Of a stretch of DNA of 42,513 nucleotides, positions 29,128 to 37,910 are shown in pieces. The notes beneath the pieces are model-generated. The model ran no database searches. It had not been told where the DNA came from and saw nothing but the letters and a program-made list of their open reading frames with translations. Where the stretch lies: positions 1 through 42,513 of the forward strand of contig JAITKW010000066.1 of the NCBI GenBank assembly GCA_031278275.1, written 5' to 3'. The position numbers and the translations under genes are program-made. Source of the DNA: Candidatus Nomurabacteria bacterium. Lineage in GTDB: Bacteria; Patescibacteriota; Saccharimonadia; Saccharimonadales; Saccharimonadaceae. Each line of letters opens with the position of its first letter. Position 1 is the stretch's first letter.

Positions 29128-29540
29128 TATTTATCTCCTCGTCTGCCAGTGCGGCGTTTAGCGAACAAGCCCGCTTTCTTGGACTCTTCTGGCTTTGTGG
29201 TGTCAGCCTTAATTTTGGTAACGGTCTCTTCTTTTTTGGACTCATCGGTTTGCTCTTTGTCAAAAATCTTAATTGAATCGCCTTGTTTTAGCGTCACATA
29301 AGCCAAGCGTTTGTCTTTCCTGAACGTGGTACCTGGGTAGCGGTTTTTGCCTCTGGAGAACCTTGTGGGTTTACCCTTTCGTACTAGCACTTGGACGTTG
29401 GTCACCGTGACCTTAAACTGCTCTTCAACCGCCTGTTTGACGGCTTGTTTGGAAGCCCCGATTGGCACATTAAATGAATATTTATTTTGGGCGGAAACAA
29501 AAACAGCTTTTTCGTTCACGCGCGGGATTACTAATATCAT
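29127..29540 (-). CDS. rplW: 50S ribosomal protein L23 (with a Lys/Glu-rich C-terminal tail of about 45 aa)
   Basis: It has an L23 core (..NKYSFNVPIGASKQAVKQAVEEQFKVTVTNVQVL..AYVTLKQGD) followed by a charged tail. Confidence 0.93.
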   Translation of the reverse strand: MILVIPRVNEKAVFVSAQNKYSFNVPIGASKQAVKQAVEEQFKVTVTNVQVLVRKGKPTRFSRGKNRYPGTTFRKDKRLAYVTLKQGDSIKIFDKEQTDESKKEETVTKIKADTTKPEESKKAGLFAKRRTGRRGDK

Positions 29541-30169
29541 TTATCCTCCTTTACGTCTAGCCATGCCTCAATCAACGGCAAGGCAGATTTGGTGATAATC
29601 ACAGCGTCCGCATTCAAGATGTCAAAAACGTTCAGATAAGTTGGGCGCGTAATTTTCAATTCTGAGATGTTGCGTGTGGCGCGCAAAACTAAGTCGTTTT
29701 TTTCAGGCACAACCAACAAGGCGTGGCAGTCACGCGATGATGGTTTATAGCCAGCGGTCTTGATCAAGTCGTCACGATAAGCATAAGTTTCTTTGACTTT
29801 GCCTTCTTTAGGGGTGAAATCGGCACCAATATAGATTTTCTTGGCTTGGTTGGCCAATGATAAAGCTTGCGCCACCGCTGTGCGTTTCATGTTCTTGGTT
29901 AAGGTGGTTTTGAAGTTTTGTTCGCCAGTCGGGCCAAACGCCACGCCACCGTGTCTCCAAATTGGGTTGCGCGTGGAGCCGAACCGTGCTCGCCCTGTGC
30001 CTTTTTGTCGCCAAGGTTTTTTGCCGCCGCCACGCACTTCGCCACGTTTCAAAGTTTTCGCCGAAGCTGTGCGCGAATTGGCGAGATAAGCCGTGTAAGC
30101 TAATTTTAATAGTTCATGGTTCTTGACTTTTATGTCAAAGATGTTTTGGTTTAGTTTTACTTCCGCCAT
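29537..30169 (-). CDS. rplD: 50S ribosomal protein L4
   Basis: 210 aa with RGGGKKPWRQKGTGRARFGSTRNPIWRHGGVAFGP. Confidence 0.97.
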   Translation of the reverse strand: MAEVKLNQNIFDIKVKNHELLKLAYTAYLANSRTASAKTLKRGEVRGGGKKPWRQKGTGRARFGSTRNPIWRHGGVAFGPTGEQNFKTTLTKNMKRTAVAQALSLANQAKKIYIGADFTPKEGKVKETYAYRDDLIKTAGYKPSSRDCHALLVVPEKNDLVLRATRNISELKITRPTYLNVFDILNADAVIITKSALPLIEAWLDVKEDK

Positions 30170-30170
30170 T

Positions 30171-30782
30171 TTATTTCTCCCCTCGCAAGGTGATTAAGCC
30201 TTTGCGCGGACCCGGAACTGCGCCTTTGAGTCCAATCAAATTACGTTCCACGTCAATAAATGACACGATTAAGTTTTTGATTGTTACGCGGTCGTGCCCC
30301 ATGCGTCCAGGCATTTTTTTTCCTTTGAAAACTTTTTGCGGATACATTGAGCCAATTGAACCGACCCTGCGAATGTTACCCTTGAAACCGTGTGTATTGC
30401 GACTTTCGGCGAAATTGTGTCGCTTAATTGTACCGGCAAACCCTTTGCCTTTGGACGTGCCAGTTGCCTCAATTTTATCGCCCAAAACAAAATCAGCCAC
30501 ACTTGTTGTGTCGCCGATTTTAACTTCTGGAAGTGTGGCAAAATCAAACTCCCGAATATATTTTGGTGTGATATTCACGGGCTTGACGTGTCCCATGGTG
30601 GCCTTGCTCAAGTTCTTACCCAAACCAAAACCAACTTGCACAGCATTATAACCGTCAGTTTCAACAGTTTTAACCTGAGTGACCGTGCAAGGGCCGGCTT
30701 GAATGAGCGTAATCGGAATTACCATTCCATCTTTGCCGATGATTTGAGTCATACCAATCTTGGTGCCTAAGATGACTTTCAT
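30171..30782 (-). CDS. rplC: 50S ribosomal protein L3
   Basis: It starts MKVILGTKIGMTQII. ATG 30782 has a GGAAAGGAAAAG SD. The track start at 30842 lacks an SD and extends into the leader. Confidence 0.95.
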   Translation of the reverse strand: MKVILGTKIGMTQIIGKDGMVIPITLIQAGPCTVTQVKTVETDGYNAVQVGFGLGKNLSKATMGHVKPVNITPKYIREFDFATLPEVKIGDTTSVADFVLGDKIEATGTSKGKGFAGTIKRHNFAESRNTHGFKGNIRRVGSIGSMYPQKVFKGKKMPGRMGHDRVTIKNLIVSFIDVERNLIGLKGAVPGPRKGLITLRGEK

Positions 30783-30883
30783 CTTTTCCTTTCCCATTAA
30801 ATACGCTAGACTCTTAGGCAGTTTCTCTTGCAAGACTTGCACTTTGCGTCTAGGTGTGGCTTTTATTTATAAAATACTTCGGT

Positions 30884-30913
30884 ATTTTATCACAGTCAGA
30901 GTAAGAATGTCAA
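30884..30913 (-). promoter_or_regulatory. Near-consensus sigma70 promoter inside the S10 cluster, upstream of rplC
   Basis: The minus strand reads TTGACA-18 nt-TGaTAAAAT. The -10 is embedded in a perfect 8-bp-arm palindrome, TAAAATAC-CGAA-GTATTTTA (30870-30889). Confidence 0.6.
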
Positions 30914-31025
30914 CACTTTTTATACATATTTTTGCCAGTAAGCCCCGCCTTTTTTGGGGTGAGGGTCAAAAGATGCACGGGCGGACGAAGATAGCACGTT
31001 GATTGTCGCTCGCTGGCGTGGACAT

Positions 31026-31346
31026 TTACATCTTGATTTCAGCGTCAACGCCTGAGGGCAAGTTGAGGCTTTGCAGGGCATCAATGGTTTTTGGTGTGGC
31101 ACTTACAATGTCAATCAGGCGCTTATGGACTTTCATCTCAAAAGTTTCGCCACCAGTTTTATAAACATGAGGGCTTTTCACGACCGTAAAAGTGCTACGT
31201 TTGGTGGGAAGTGGCACCGGTCCAGATACGCTAGCGCCGGTGCGAATGGCGGTATCAATGATTTGTTTGGCGGATTGGTCAATTACACGGTGGTCGTAAG
31301 CTTTCAGCCTAATCCTAATCTTTAATCCCTCTTGTTTTTCTGCCAT
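31026..31346 (-). CDS. rpsJ: 30S ribosomal protein S10
   Basis: 106 aa with [41 protein letters not shown]. Confidence 0.97.
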   Translation of the reverse strand: MAEKQEGLKIRIRLKAYDHRVIDQSAKQIIDTAIRTGASVSGPVPLPTKRSTFTVVKSPHVYKTGGETFEMKVHKRLIDIVSATPKTIDALQSLNLPSGVDAEIKM

Positions 31347-31444
31347 AAAAATATCCTTTCTTTATTGCCTCCGTAACCTTGAATTATCGCTAGACGGATA
31401 GTTGACAAGTTCATCGGAAGCGATGCTTATTACTTTTCCCCTAT

Positions 31445-31473
31445 ATCATATCTATATTTATTCTAAAAGTCAA
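31445..31473 (-). promoter_or_regulatory. Sigma70-like promoter of rpsJ
   Basis: The minus strand reads TTGACT-17 nt-TATGAT. It is back-to-back with the plus-strand HAD promoter. Confidence 0.5.
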
Positions 31474-31476
31474 GAC

Positions 31477-31504
31477 TTTACTATTAAGTAGGCTTTGGTA
31501 TAAT
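31477..31504 (+). promoter_or_regulatory. Promoter of the HAD-like gene (TTTACT-16-TGgTATAAT), -10 only 8 nt from the ATG
   Basis: It has a consensus extended -10. There is no SD between the -10 and ATG 31513. Confidence 0.5.
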
Positions 31505-31512
31505 GTACGACC

Positions 31513-32229
31513 ATGGTCAAAATTATTTTATCAGGTTACGATGGGACGTTGCTCTTCGGGAGCATAGAAAAAAATATTAAAGCTGTTCACAAATGGCGCG
31601 CGGCGGGACGTAAGTTTGGGATTATCACTGGGCGTAGTTTGGATAGTATGCAACGACAGCTAGCAAAATATCCGCTGGAGCACGATTATATGGGGCTAAA
31701 TAATGGTGCGGTTATGGTTGATGGCAGCCATAATATATTTTATTACCAAACTATTCACTTTGATTTGGCGTGGGTATTGGCAGATTTTTTGACAAAACTG
31801 CCGGTTGATGAGGTGACTTTTTGGGGTGTTACAGGGAGCAAAATGCATTCTGTGCCGTATGACACCACGAAAATTAGCATGAAAACGGCGAACTTTGAAC
31901 AAGCTAAACAGGTTGCCAAACAACTAAGCGACATGTTCAGCGACAGATTTATCGTTACGCCAATGGCTAAGCAAGCAGATAATTATGGCTATATTGAGAT
32001 TGTGCCGGAGGACACCGGCAAGGAGCGAGCAGCAGCAAGAATCCTTTCAAGAGAAGGCTTGGGTGGTTTTGAGGTCGCAATCATCGGCGAGGCGTACGAT
32101 GAACTTGAGATGATTAAAAAATATAGCGGATATGCGGTAGACAATGCCACACCAGAGGTGAAAGCGGTTGCTACTAGAATATTTTTGTCGGTGGCGGATT
32201 TGATTGATGAACTAATAGCAGAAGATTAA
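31513..32229 (+). CDS. HAD-superfamily (Cof/IIB-like) protein with a degenerate catalytic motif I
   Basis: 238 aa. Motif I reads SGYDGTL instead of DxDGT, motif II is IITGR, and motif IV reads GEAYDELEM instead of GDxxNDxxM. Confidence 0.65.
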   Translation: MVKIILSGYDGTLLFGSIEKNIKAVHKWRAAGRKFGIITGRSLDSMQRQLAKYPLEHDYMGLNNGAVMVDGSHNIFYYQTIHFDLAWVLADFLTKLPVDEVTFWGVTGSKMHSVPYDTTKISMKTANFEQAKQVAKQLSDMFSDRFIVTPMAKQADNYGYIEIVPEDTGKERAAARILSREGLGGFEVAIIGEAYDELEMIKKYSGYAVDNATPEVKAVATRIFLSVADLIDELIAED

Positions 32230-32290
32230 ATAAGGAATATTTGTAGCATATACGAAATGTAGGCGCCCGCAAAACACAGGTTTGTTGCGC

Positions 32291-32330
32291 CAAAAAAGAA
32301 ACTACTTCCCAAAAAGTAGTTTCTTTTACG
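32291..32330. terminator. Bidirectional intrinsic terminator between the convergent HAD gene and tuf
   Basis: It has a perfect 14-bp stem, aaaagaaactactt / aagtagtttctttt (32294-32307 and 32314-32327), with a 6-nt loop. T-runs follow on both strands. Confidence 0.85.
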
Positions 32331-32343
32331 TTTTTACTAAGAA

Positions 32344-33528
32344 TTATTTGACAATCTTAGTCACCACGCCGGCACCAACCGTCCGACCGCCCTCACGAAT
32401 GGCGAAGTTGTCGTTGTTGTTCATGGCGATAGGAGCAAGCAACTTCACAGAAAAGGTTGAGGTGTCGCCAGGCATTACAATTTCTTTGCCAGCGGGAAGT
32501 TCAACCTCACCGGTCACGTCAGTAGTCCGGAAGTAGAATTGAGGCTTGTAGCCTTTGGCGAATGGTGTATGACGACCACCCTCTTCTTTTTTCAAGATAT
32601 AAACTTCCGCTTCAAACTCGGTGTGTGGTGTAATGCTACCAGGCTTGGCGATGACTTGACCGCGCTCAATTTGTTCGCGTTCAATGCCCCGCAACAACAA
32701 CCCAGCGTTGTCACCGGCGCGCCCCTCGTCCAATGTCTTTTTGAACGCCTCAATCCCAGTCACAACAGATTTTTGGGTGTCTTTCAAGCCCACAATTTCC
32801 ACTTCGTCATTGACTTTCACGATACCTTGCTCAATACGACCAGTGGCAACCGTGCCACGACCTTTGATGGAAAACACGTCTTCAACTGGCATTAAGAACG
32901 GCTTGTCGAGTTCGCGGGTGGGCTCTTCAATATAGCTGTCCAAAGCCTCCACCAGTTCCATGATGTGATCTTCTTCGGCCGTGTCACCCTCCAAAGCCTT
33001 TGTGGCGGAACCTTTGATGATCGGTACGTTGTCGCCATCGTAACCGTTCTTGGTCAATAGTTCACGCACGTCCATCTCAACCAATTCCACCAAATCGGGG
33101 TCGGCAAGATCCATTTTATTCAAAAACACTACAATTTTCGGCACGTTCACTTGATGTGCCAAAAGCACGTGTTCACGAGTTTGTGGCAACGGGCCATCGT
33201 TGGCAGCCACCACCAAAATCGCCCCATCAACTTGCGCTGCACCCGTAATCATGTTCTTGACATAATCGGCGTGACCTGGCATATCCACGTGAGCGTAGTG
33301 CCTTTTGGCTGATTCGTATTCTTGGTGAGAGGTTGCGATGGTGATACCGCGCGCCTTTTCTTCCGGTGCGTTGTCGATTTGATCGTAATTAACCGGTTTG
33401 TTGACTTCACTGGGAAGTTTTTTTGCGAGGACATGAGTGATTGCAGCCGTCAAAGTGGTTTTGCCGTGATCAACGTGTCCCATTGTCCCGACATTAACGT
33501 GAGGCTTGCTCCTGTCAAAGTTTGCCAT
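32344..33528 (-). CDS. tuf: Elongation factor Tu
   Basis: 394 aa with [18 protein letters not shown] and NKMD. Confidence 0.98.
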   Translation of the reverse strand: MANFDRSKPHVNVGTMGHVDHGKTTLTAAITHVLAKKLPSEVNKPVNYDQIDNAPEEKARGITIATSHQEYESAKRHYAHVDMPGHADYVKNMITGAAQVDGAILVVAANDGPLPQTREHVLLAHQVNVPKIVVFLNKMDLADPDLVELVEMDVRELLTKNGYDGDNVPIIKGSATKALEGDTAEEDHIMELVEALDSYIEEPTRELDKPFLMPVEDVFSIKGRGTVATGRIEQGIVKVNDEVEIVGLKDTQKSVVTGIEAFKKTLDEGRAGDNAGLLLRGIEREQIERGQVIAKPGSITPHTEFEAEVYILKKEEGGRHTPFAKGYKPQFYFRTTDVTGEVELPAGKEIVMPGDTSTFSVKLLAPIAMNNNDNFAIREGGRTVGAGVVTKIVK

Positions 33529-33592
33529 TTATTCTCCTTAAATTATTATTTTTCTGGACACTAATATTAACCAGCCCAGAATACATACGTTC

Positions 33593-33621
33593 ATTGTACA
33601 CAACTATCTTGTTTGTGTAAA
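33593..33621 (-). promoter_or_regulatory. Sigma70-like promoter of tuf
   Basis: The minus strand reads TTTACA-17 nt-TACAAT. A leader of about 60 nt ends in an AAGGAG SD. Confidence 0.5.
33606..33620 (+). repeat. Core fragment of the motif family (atcttgtttgtgtaa) overlapping the tuf -35/spacer
   Basis: The minus strand reads TTACACAAACAAGAT. Compare TTACACAACAAGACC at rpsL. Confidence 0.35.
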
Positions 33622-33641
33622 GAGCGAAAGTCATAAATGTT

Positions 33642-33678
33642 AAAAAAATAGATTACCCCCGCAAAATCGCGGGGGTAA
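33642..33678 (-). terminator. Intrinsic terminator after the unknown 280-aa ORF
   Basis: The minus strand reads UUACCCCCGC-GAUUUU-GCGGGGGUAA, a 10-bp GC-rich stem, with a U7 run starting 5 nt downstream. Confidence 0.7.
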
Positions 33679-33710
33679 AGTTAACTTTTGGGTCAAAAAG
33701 GATTGAGCTT

Positions 33711-34553
33711 CTACCCAAACAAAGGGTGAGGAATCTGGAACTCGTCCAGCAACGGAACCAACCCGTCCCAGACCGCTTTGCGGTCATAAAACGGAAGTCG
33801 GATTTGGTTAAAGACAGCCTCTCCGCTTGGTGTCCCGAGTTGCGGCGCAATGAGCGCCACGAGGTGCTGCGCCGCACCGTATGCGCGCGGGACCAATGCC
33901 CGCACCTGCGCGTCATTAAGGAAAAACACATCTTTCTCAATGAGCTGGTTCGGCTTGCTGACGGCTTTTGCGTTATCACGCCGTGCCAGTAGCTGGGATG
34001 ACGTGATGTTAAGCGTTGCCATCGCTATTACCTCCTCTTGGTCAGCTACGTCCACGACAAAGGGCGCGCCAAACGAGGTAACATCTTTCAGGGAAAAGCC
34101 AACTTCTTCGCTTTCCCCCGCTTCTCCGAACAGGTTGGTTTTCACCAACTCCGCGACAGTGCCAGACTTTTCCTTGCGCAAAAATCCGGCAACGCAGCCC
34201 AAGCAGCCGCGATCGCCACCATTCAACAAGGAACGGCGGATTGCGACATTGAGGCTATCGCTGGTTTTAACGGACAACGATACGCCAGTGGGCTTTTTTG
34301 ACAAGCCCAGCTCGTGCATCGCCATGAACACGGGGTGGTATGCTCGCGTTACGGTTCCATTAGCGAAGTTAATAAGCTGATTCTTGGTGAATCCCTTATC
34401 AATTTGCTCTTGGACTTTGCCGAACGCCTCCTGGAGTTTTGTCTTCTCCAGGTCTTTCAGCTTGCGACCCAGATATTCTTTGACACTGACCAAGCTGTCA
34501 ATGTCAAAGTCATACGTTAACGGTTGGTCGAGCCTTACCCTTTTCAGTTCCAT
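33711..34553 (-). CDS. Hypothetical protein (280 aa) inserted between fusA and tuf
   Basis: The start ATG 34553 (MELKRVRLDQ) is preceded by AAAAGGAGAG. It has its own promoter and terminator. Its sequence is visibly GC-richer than the flanks, with many shadow ORFs in other frames. I recognised no family or motif. Confidence 0.65.
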   Translation of the reverse strand: MELKRVRLDQPLTYDFDIDSLVSVKEYLGRKLKDLEKTKLQEAFGKVQEQIDKGFTKNQLINFANGTVTRAYHPVFMAMHELGLSKKPTGVSLSVKTSDSLNVAIRRSLLNGGDRGCLGCVAGFLRKEKSGTVAELVKTNLFGEAGESEEVGFSLKDVTSFGAPFVVDVADQEEVIAMATLNITSSQLLARRDNAKAVSKPNQLIEKDVFFLNDAQVRALVPRAYGAAQHLVALIAPQLGTPSGEAVFNQIRLPFYDRKAVWDGLVPLLDEFQIPHPLFG

Positions 34554-34606
34554 TTTTTTCTCTCCTTTTCTGAAAAAGAGCAATAACTAATCGTATATCT
34601 GCCGTC

Positions 34607-34635
34607 AGTCTAACACAACTTATTTGAAAAGTCAA
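34607..34635 (-). promoter_or_regulatory. Sigma70-like promoter of the 280-aa ORF
   Basis: The minus strand reads TTGACT-17 nt-TGtTAGACT. Confidence 0.5.
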
Positions 34636-34644
34636 CTATTTAAT

Positions 34645-34685
34645 TATAAAATTGGGTTTTGTTGCATAATTATTCAACAAAACCC
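34645..34685 (-). terminator. Hairpin terminator after fusA
   Basis: The minus strand reads GGGUUUUGUUG-AAUAAUUAUG-CAACAAAACCC (11-bp stem) followed by AAUUUUAU. Confidence 0.6.
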
Positions 34686-34690
34686 ATAAA

Positions 34691-36778
34691 TTATTTGGTT
34701 GAGCGTTTTGCGATGATTTCCTCTGCGATGTTTGGTGGGACTTCTTCGTAGCTGTCTAGCTCCATCGTGGAGGCGGCGCGCCCTTGCGACATAGAGCGCA
34801 AATCGGAAGTATAGCCAAAAAGGTTGGACAAAGGAACGAGCGCACGAATCAACTTGGCTCCGCCGGGCAAATCTTCCATTGCGTCAATCCGGCCGCGCCG
34901 AGAATTGAGGTCGCCAATCACGTCACCCATAAACTCCTCTGGGGTAGTGGCTTCTAATTTCATGACTGGTTCCAAAATCACCGGTTTCGCCTTTTTGATA
35001 CCATCACGGGTGGCGATAGCCCCAGCCAAATGGAATGCCAGCTCTGATGAGTCCACATCATGATACGAACCGTCATAAAGCGTGGCTTTGACATCTACTA
35101 CTGGATAACCAGCAATCACGCCACCATCCAAAGTTTCTTTAATACCCAACATAACTGGCTTGCGATACTCCAAAGGCACCACGCCACCTTTAATTTGGTC
35201 AACAAACTCAAAGCCTTTACCCGTTTCGTTGGGCTCAAACTTAATCCAAACATCGCCGTATTGACCGCGACCGCCGGATTGCTTGATGTGTTTGCCCTGC
35301 ACCTCGGACACCCCACGAATGGTTTCGCGATACGCAACTTGCGGCTCGCCGGTGTTAGCCTCAACGTTAAACTCGCGCTTTAGGCGATCAATAATAATTT
35401 CCAAATGCAGTTCGCCCATGCCAGAAAGAATGGTTTGTCCGGTTTCTTCATCGGTGTGTATCCTGAAAGTGGGATCTTCCTCCGCCAAGCGACTCAAACC
35501 AATCCCCATTTTTTCTTGGTCAGCTTTAGTTTTGGGCTCCACCGCAATTGACACTGGCGGATCGGGGAACTCAATTGACTCCAAAATAATTGGGTGGGCG
35601 GTGTCACAAAGGGTCGTGCCAGTAGTCGTGTCTTTCAGCCCCACCACCGCAGCAATATCGCCCGCGCTGATTTCTTGAATATCCTCACGCTTGTCGGCGT
35701 GCATTCGCACCAAACGCCCCACACGTTCTTTGTTGCCAGTTGAAGCGTTGAGAATATAACTTCCAGCCTCTATTTTGCCAGAATAAACACGAATAAAAAT
35801 CAACTTTCCCACAAACGGATCAGTGGCGATTTTGAAAGCCAAAGCACTAAGCGGTTCTTTGGCATCTGGCTTACGCTCAACTTCTTCGCCATTCTTGGGA
35901 TTTTTGCCCCAAATTGCCGGAATATCAAGTGGGCTTGGCAAGTAATCGTTCATGAGATCCAAAACTTTTTCCACAATCACGCCACGACCGTCACCGCCAG
36001 TAACCAAGAAAAAGTCGCCCGCCAACACTCTTTTGCGAAGTGCGCGTTTCAATTCTTCGTTCGTGATAGAAGCTTCGCCTTTATCCAAAAATCGCTCAAA
36101 CAGCTCATCTTCGGCTTCAACTGCCGCCTCCACCAAGATAGCGCGTGCGTTTTTGGCTTTTTCTGCCAGCTCAGCCGGAATCTCACCCTCAATCAAGGCA
36201 TGGTCGGAAAACTCTTTGTAAGTGTAAGACTTCATATCAATCAAATCCACCACGCCGTTAATGTCTTTTTCAAAACCAATTGGCAAATGTATCGGCAAGG
36301 CGTTTTTGGAGAGTCGCTTGTGAATGCTGTCCAAAGACTTATAAAAATCGCCACCGATTTGATTGATTTTATTGATGAAACAGATACGTGGCACGTGATA
36401 TTTGTTTGCTTGTCGCCAAACCGTTTCCGATTGTGCCTCCACGCCCATTTTGCCATCAAACACCACGACCGCACCGTCTAAAACGCGCAACGAACGCTCC
36501 ACTTCAGCGGTAAAATCAATGTGTCCAGGCGTATCAATGATGTTGATTTTGTGATCTTTCCAAAAAGCCGTGACCGCCGCTGAAGTGATTGTAATGCCAC
36601 GCTCGCGCTCTTGTGCCATCCAGTCAGTGGTGGTTTCGCCTTCGTGCACCGCACCGATTTTATGGTTTAACCCCGTGCGATACAAAATCCCCTCCGTGGT
36701 GGTGGTTTTTCCTGCGTCAATGTGAGCGATAATGCCGACATTACGCAAGTTCTCTAGTGCTACAGTTTTTTCTGCCAT
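34691..36778 (-). CDS. fusA: Elongation factor G
   Basis: 695 aa with [25 protein letters not shown] and NKINQ. Confidence 0.98.
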   Translation of the reverse strand: MAEKTVALENLRNVGIIAHIDAGKTTTTEGILYRTGLNHKIGAVHEGETTTDWMAQERERGITITSAAVTAFWKDHKINIIDTPGHIDFTAEVERSLRVLDGAVVVFDGKMGVEAQSETVWRQANKYHVPRICFINKINQIGGDFYKSLDSIHKRLSKNALPIHLPIGFEKDINGVVDLIDMKSYTYKEFSDHALIEGEIPAELAEKAKNARAILVEAAVEAEDELFERFLDKGEASITNEELKRALRKRVLAGDFFLVTGGDGRGVIVEKVLDLMNDYLPSPLDIPAIWGKNPKNGEEVERKPDAKEPLSALAFKIATDPFVGKLIFIRVYSGKIEAGSYILNASTGNKERVGRLVRMHADKREDIQEISAGDIAAVVGLKDTTTGTTLCDTAHPIILESIEFPDPPVSIAVEPKTKADQEKMGIGLSRLAEEDPTFRIHTDEETGQTILSGMGELHLEIIIDRLKREFNVEANTGEPQVAYRETIRGVSEVQGKHIKQSGGRGQYGDVWIKFEPNETGKGFEFVDQIKGGVVPLEYRKPVMLGIKETLDGGVIAGYPVVDVKATLYDGSYHDVDSSELAFHLAGAIATRDGIKKAKPVILEPVMKLEATTPEEFMGDVIGDLNSRRGRIDAMEDLPGGAKLIRALVPLSNLFGYTSDLRSMSQGRAASTMELDSYEEVPPNIAEEIIAKRSTK

Positions 36779-36849
36779 TTTCTTTCCTTGATTATAGTTT
36801 TATTTGGGTTGTTTTTTGTTTATGATAGTCAAAAACAACGCTCTGGGAA

Positions 36850-36858
36850 ATTATAACA
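36850..36858 (-). promoter_or_regulatory. Consensus extended -10 (TGtTATAAT) upstream of fusA; possible internal promoter
   Basis: The minus strand reads ATATGTTATAAT with a weak -35. A leader of about 90 nt contains the hairpin GUUGUUUUUG...CAAAAAACAAC. Confidence 0.4.
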
Positions 36859-36899
36859 TATATTCTTAAAAATTGTGGTTTTTCTGTCATAAACTTATA

Positions 36900-37379
36900 T
36901 TAGCTTCGCGCAAAGTGCGCAAAAGCGCGGTTGGCCTCCGCCATGCGGTGGGTGTCTTCCTTTTTCTTAAAGGCGGCACCGGTTTGGTTATAAGCGTCAA
37001 TGATTTCAAGGGCAAGACGCTCTTTGTATGGCGTACCTTTTCGCGCACGGGCGGACTGAACGAGCCACGAGAAAGCAAAATGTAATTGGCGATGTCCGGA
37101 AATGGGGAATGGGATTTGGTAGTTGGCACCACCGACACGGCGGGATTTGACTTCAAAATCTGGCGAAATGTGCTTTAAGGCTTCCTCAAAAAGTTCTTGG
37201 GGATTTTCGGATTTCAGATTTTTGGCGGCCTTTTCCAAAGCGTAATAAACCGCACGCTCAGCGACTTGTTTTTTGCCGTTTTTGATGGATTTATTGATGA
37301 GTCGTTGGACTAAGATGCTTTGATAACGGCGGTCAGGGTTGACTTTTCTTTGTAATGATTTGGTAACTTTGCGTGGCAT
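36900..37379 (-). CDS. rpsG: 30S ribosomal protein S7
   Basis: 159 aa with [19 protein letters not shown] and a C-terminal HRMAEANRAFAHFAR. Confidence 0.97.
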   Translation of the reverse strand: MPRKVTKSLQRKVNPDRRYQSILVQRLINKSIKNGKKQVAERAVYYALEKAAKNLKSENPQELFEEALKHISPDFEVKSRRVGGANYQIPFPISGHRQLHFAFSWLVQSARARKGTPYKERLALEIIDAYNQTGAAFKKKEDTHRMAEANRAFAHFARS

Positions 37380-37792
37380 TATTTACCTTCTTTCTTGGCA
37401 CCATACTTGCTACGACCTTGTTTGCGATTTTGTACGCCTTGTAAATCCAACGTGCCACGCACGACATGGTAGCGCACGCCCGGTAAATCTGGCACGCGTC
37501 CGCCGCGCACCAACACAACGGCGTGTTCTTGGAGGTTGTGTCCTTCGCCACCGATATACGCCCAAACTTCCGTACCGTTAGTTAAGCGTACGCGCGCAAC
37601 CTTGCGAAGGGCGGAGTTCGGCTTTTTGGGGGTTTTGGTGGTGACTTTGATGCAAACCCCACGTTTCAAGGGGGCGTTTTGTTGATAATATTTGGTTTTC
37701 AAAGTGTTTTGAATCGTAAGCAACGCAGGCGACTTGCTTTTTTTGCCAGAAGTCTTGCGTGGCTTGCGGATTAACTGATTGATTGTTGGCAT
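37379..37792 (-). CDS. rpsL: 30S ribosomal protein S12 (13-aa insertion; Pro at the Lys88-equivalent position)
   Basis: 137 aa with [30 protein letters not shown] and [13 protein letters not shown]. Its TAATG stop/start overlaps rpsG. Confidence 0.97.
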   Translation of the reverse strand: MPTINQLIRKPRKTSGKKSKSPALLTIQNTLKTKYYQQNAPLKRGVCIKVTTKTPKKPNSALRKVARVRLTNGTEVWAYIGGEGHNLQEHAVVLVRGGRVPDLPGVRYHVVRGTLDLQGVQNRKQGRSKYGAKKEGK

Positions 37793-37910
37793 TGATTAAA
37801 TAAGAAAACTTGTTTCTTCCTTTCCTTAATTATTACGCTTGAAATAAACCCAAACGTGATTTTAATAATATAAATCACAGGTGACGAAACCAGCAACTTT
37901 TCGTCCCCGC

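Noticed and set aside
30760-31102. Track ORFs 30760-31002 (+) and 30920-31102 (-) in or near the rpsJ-rplC spacer.
   Set aside because: One overlaps rpsJ out of frame. The other runs antisense across the rplC start and promoter. Both have implausible Cys/Arg/Phe-rich sequences and no translation signals.
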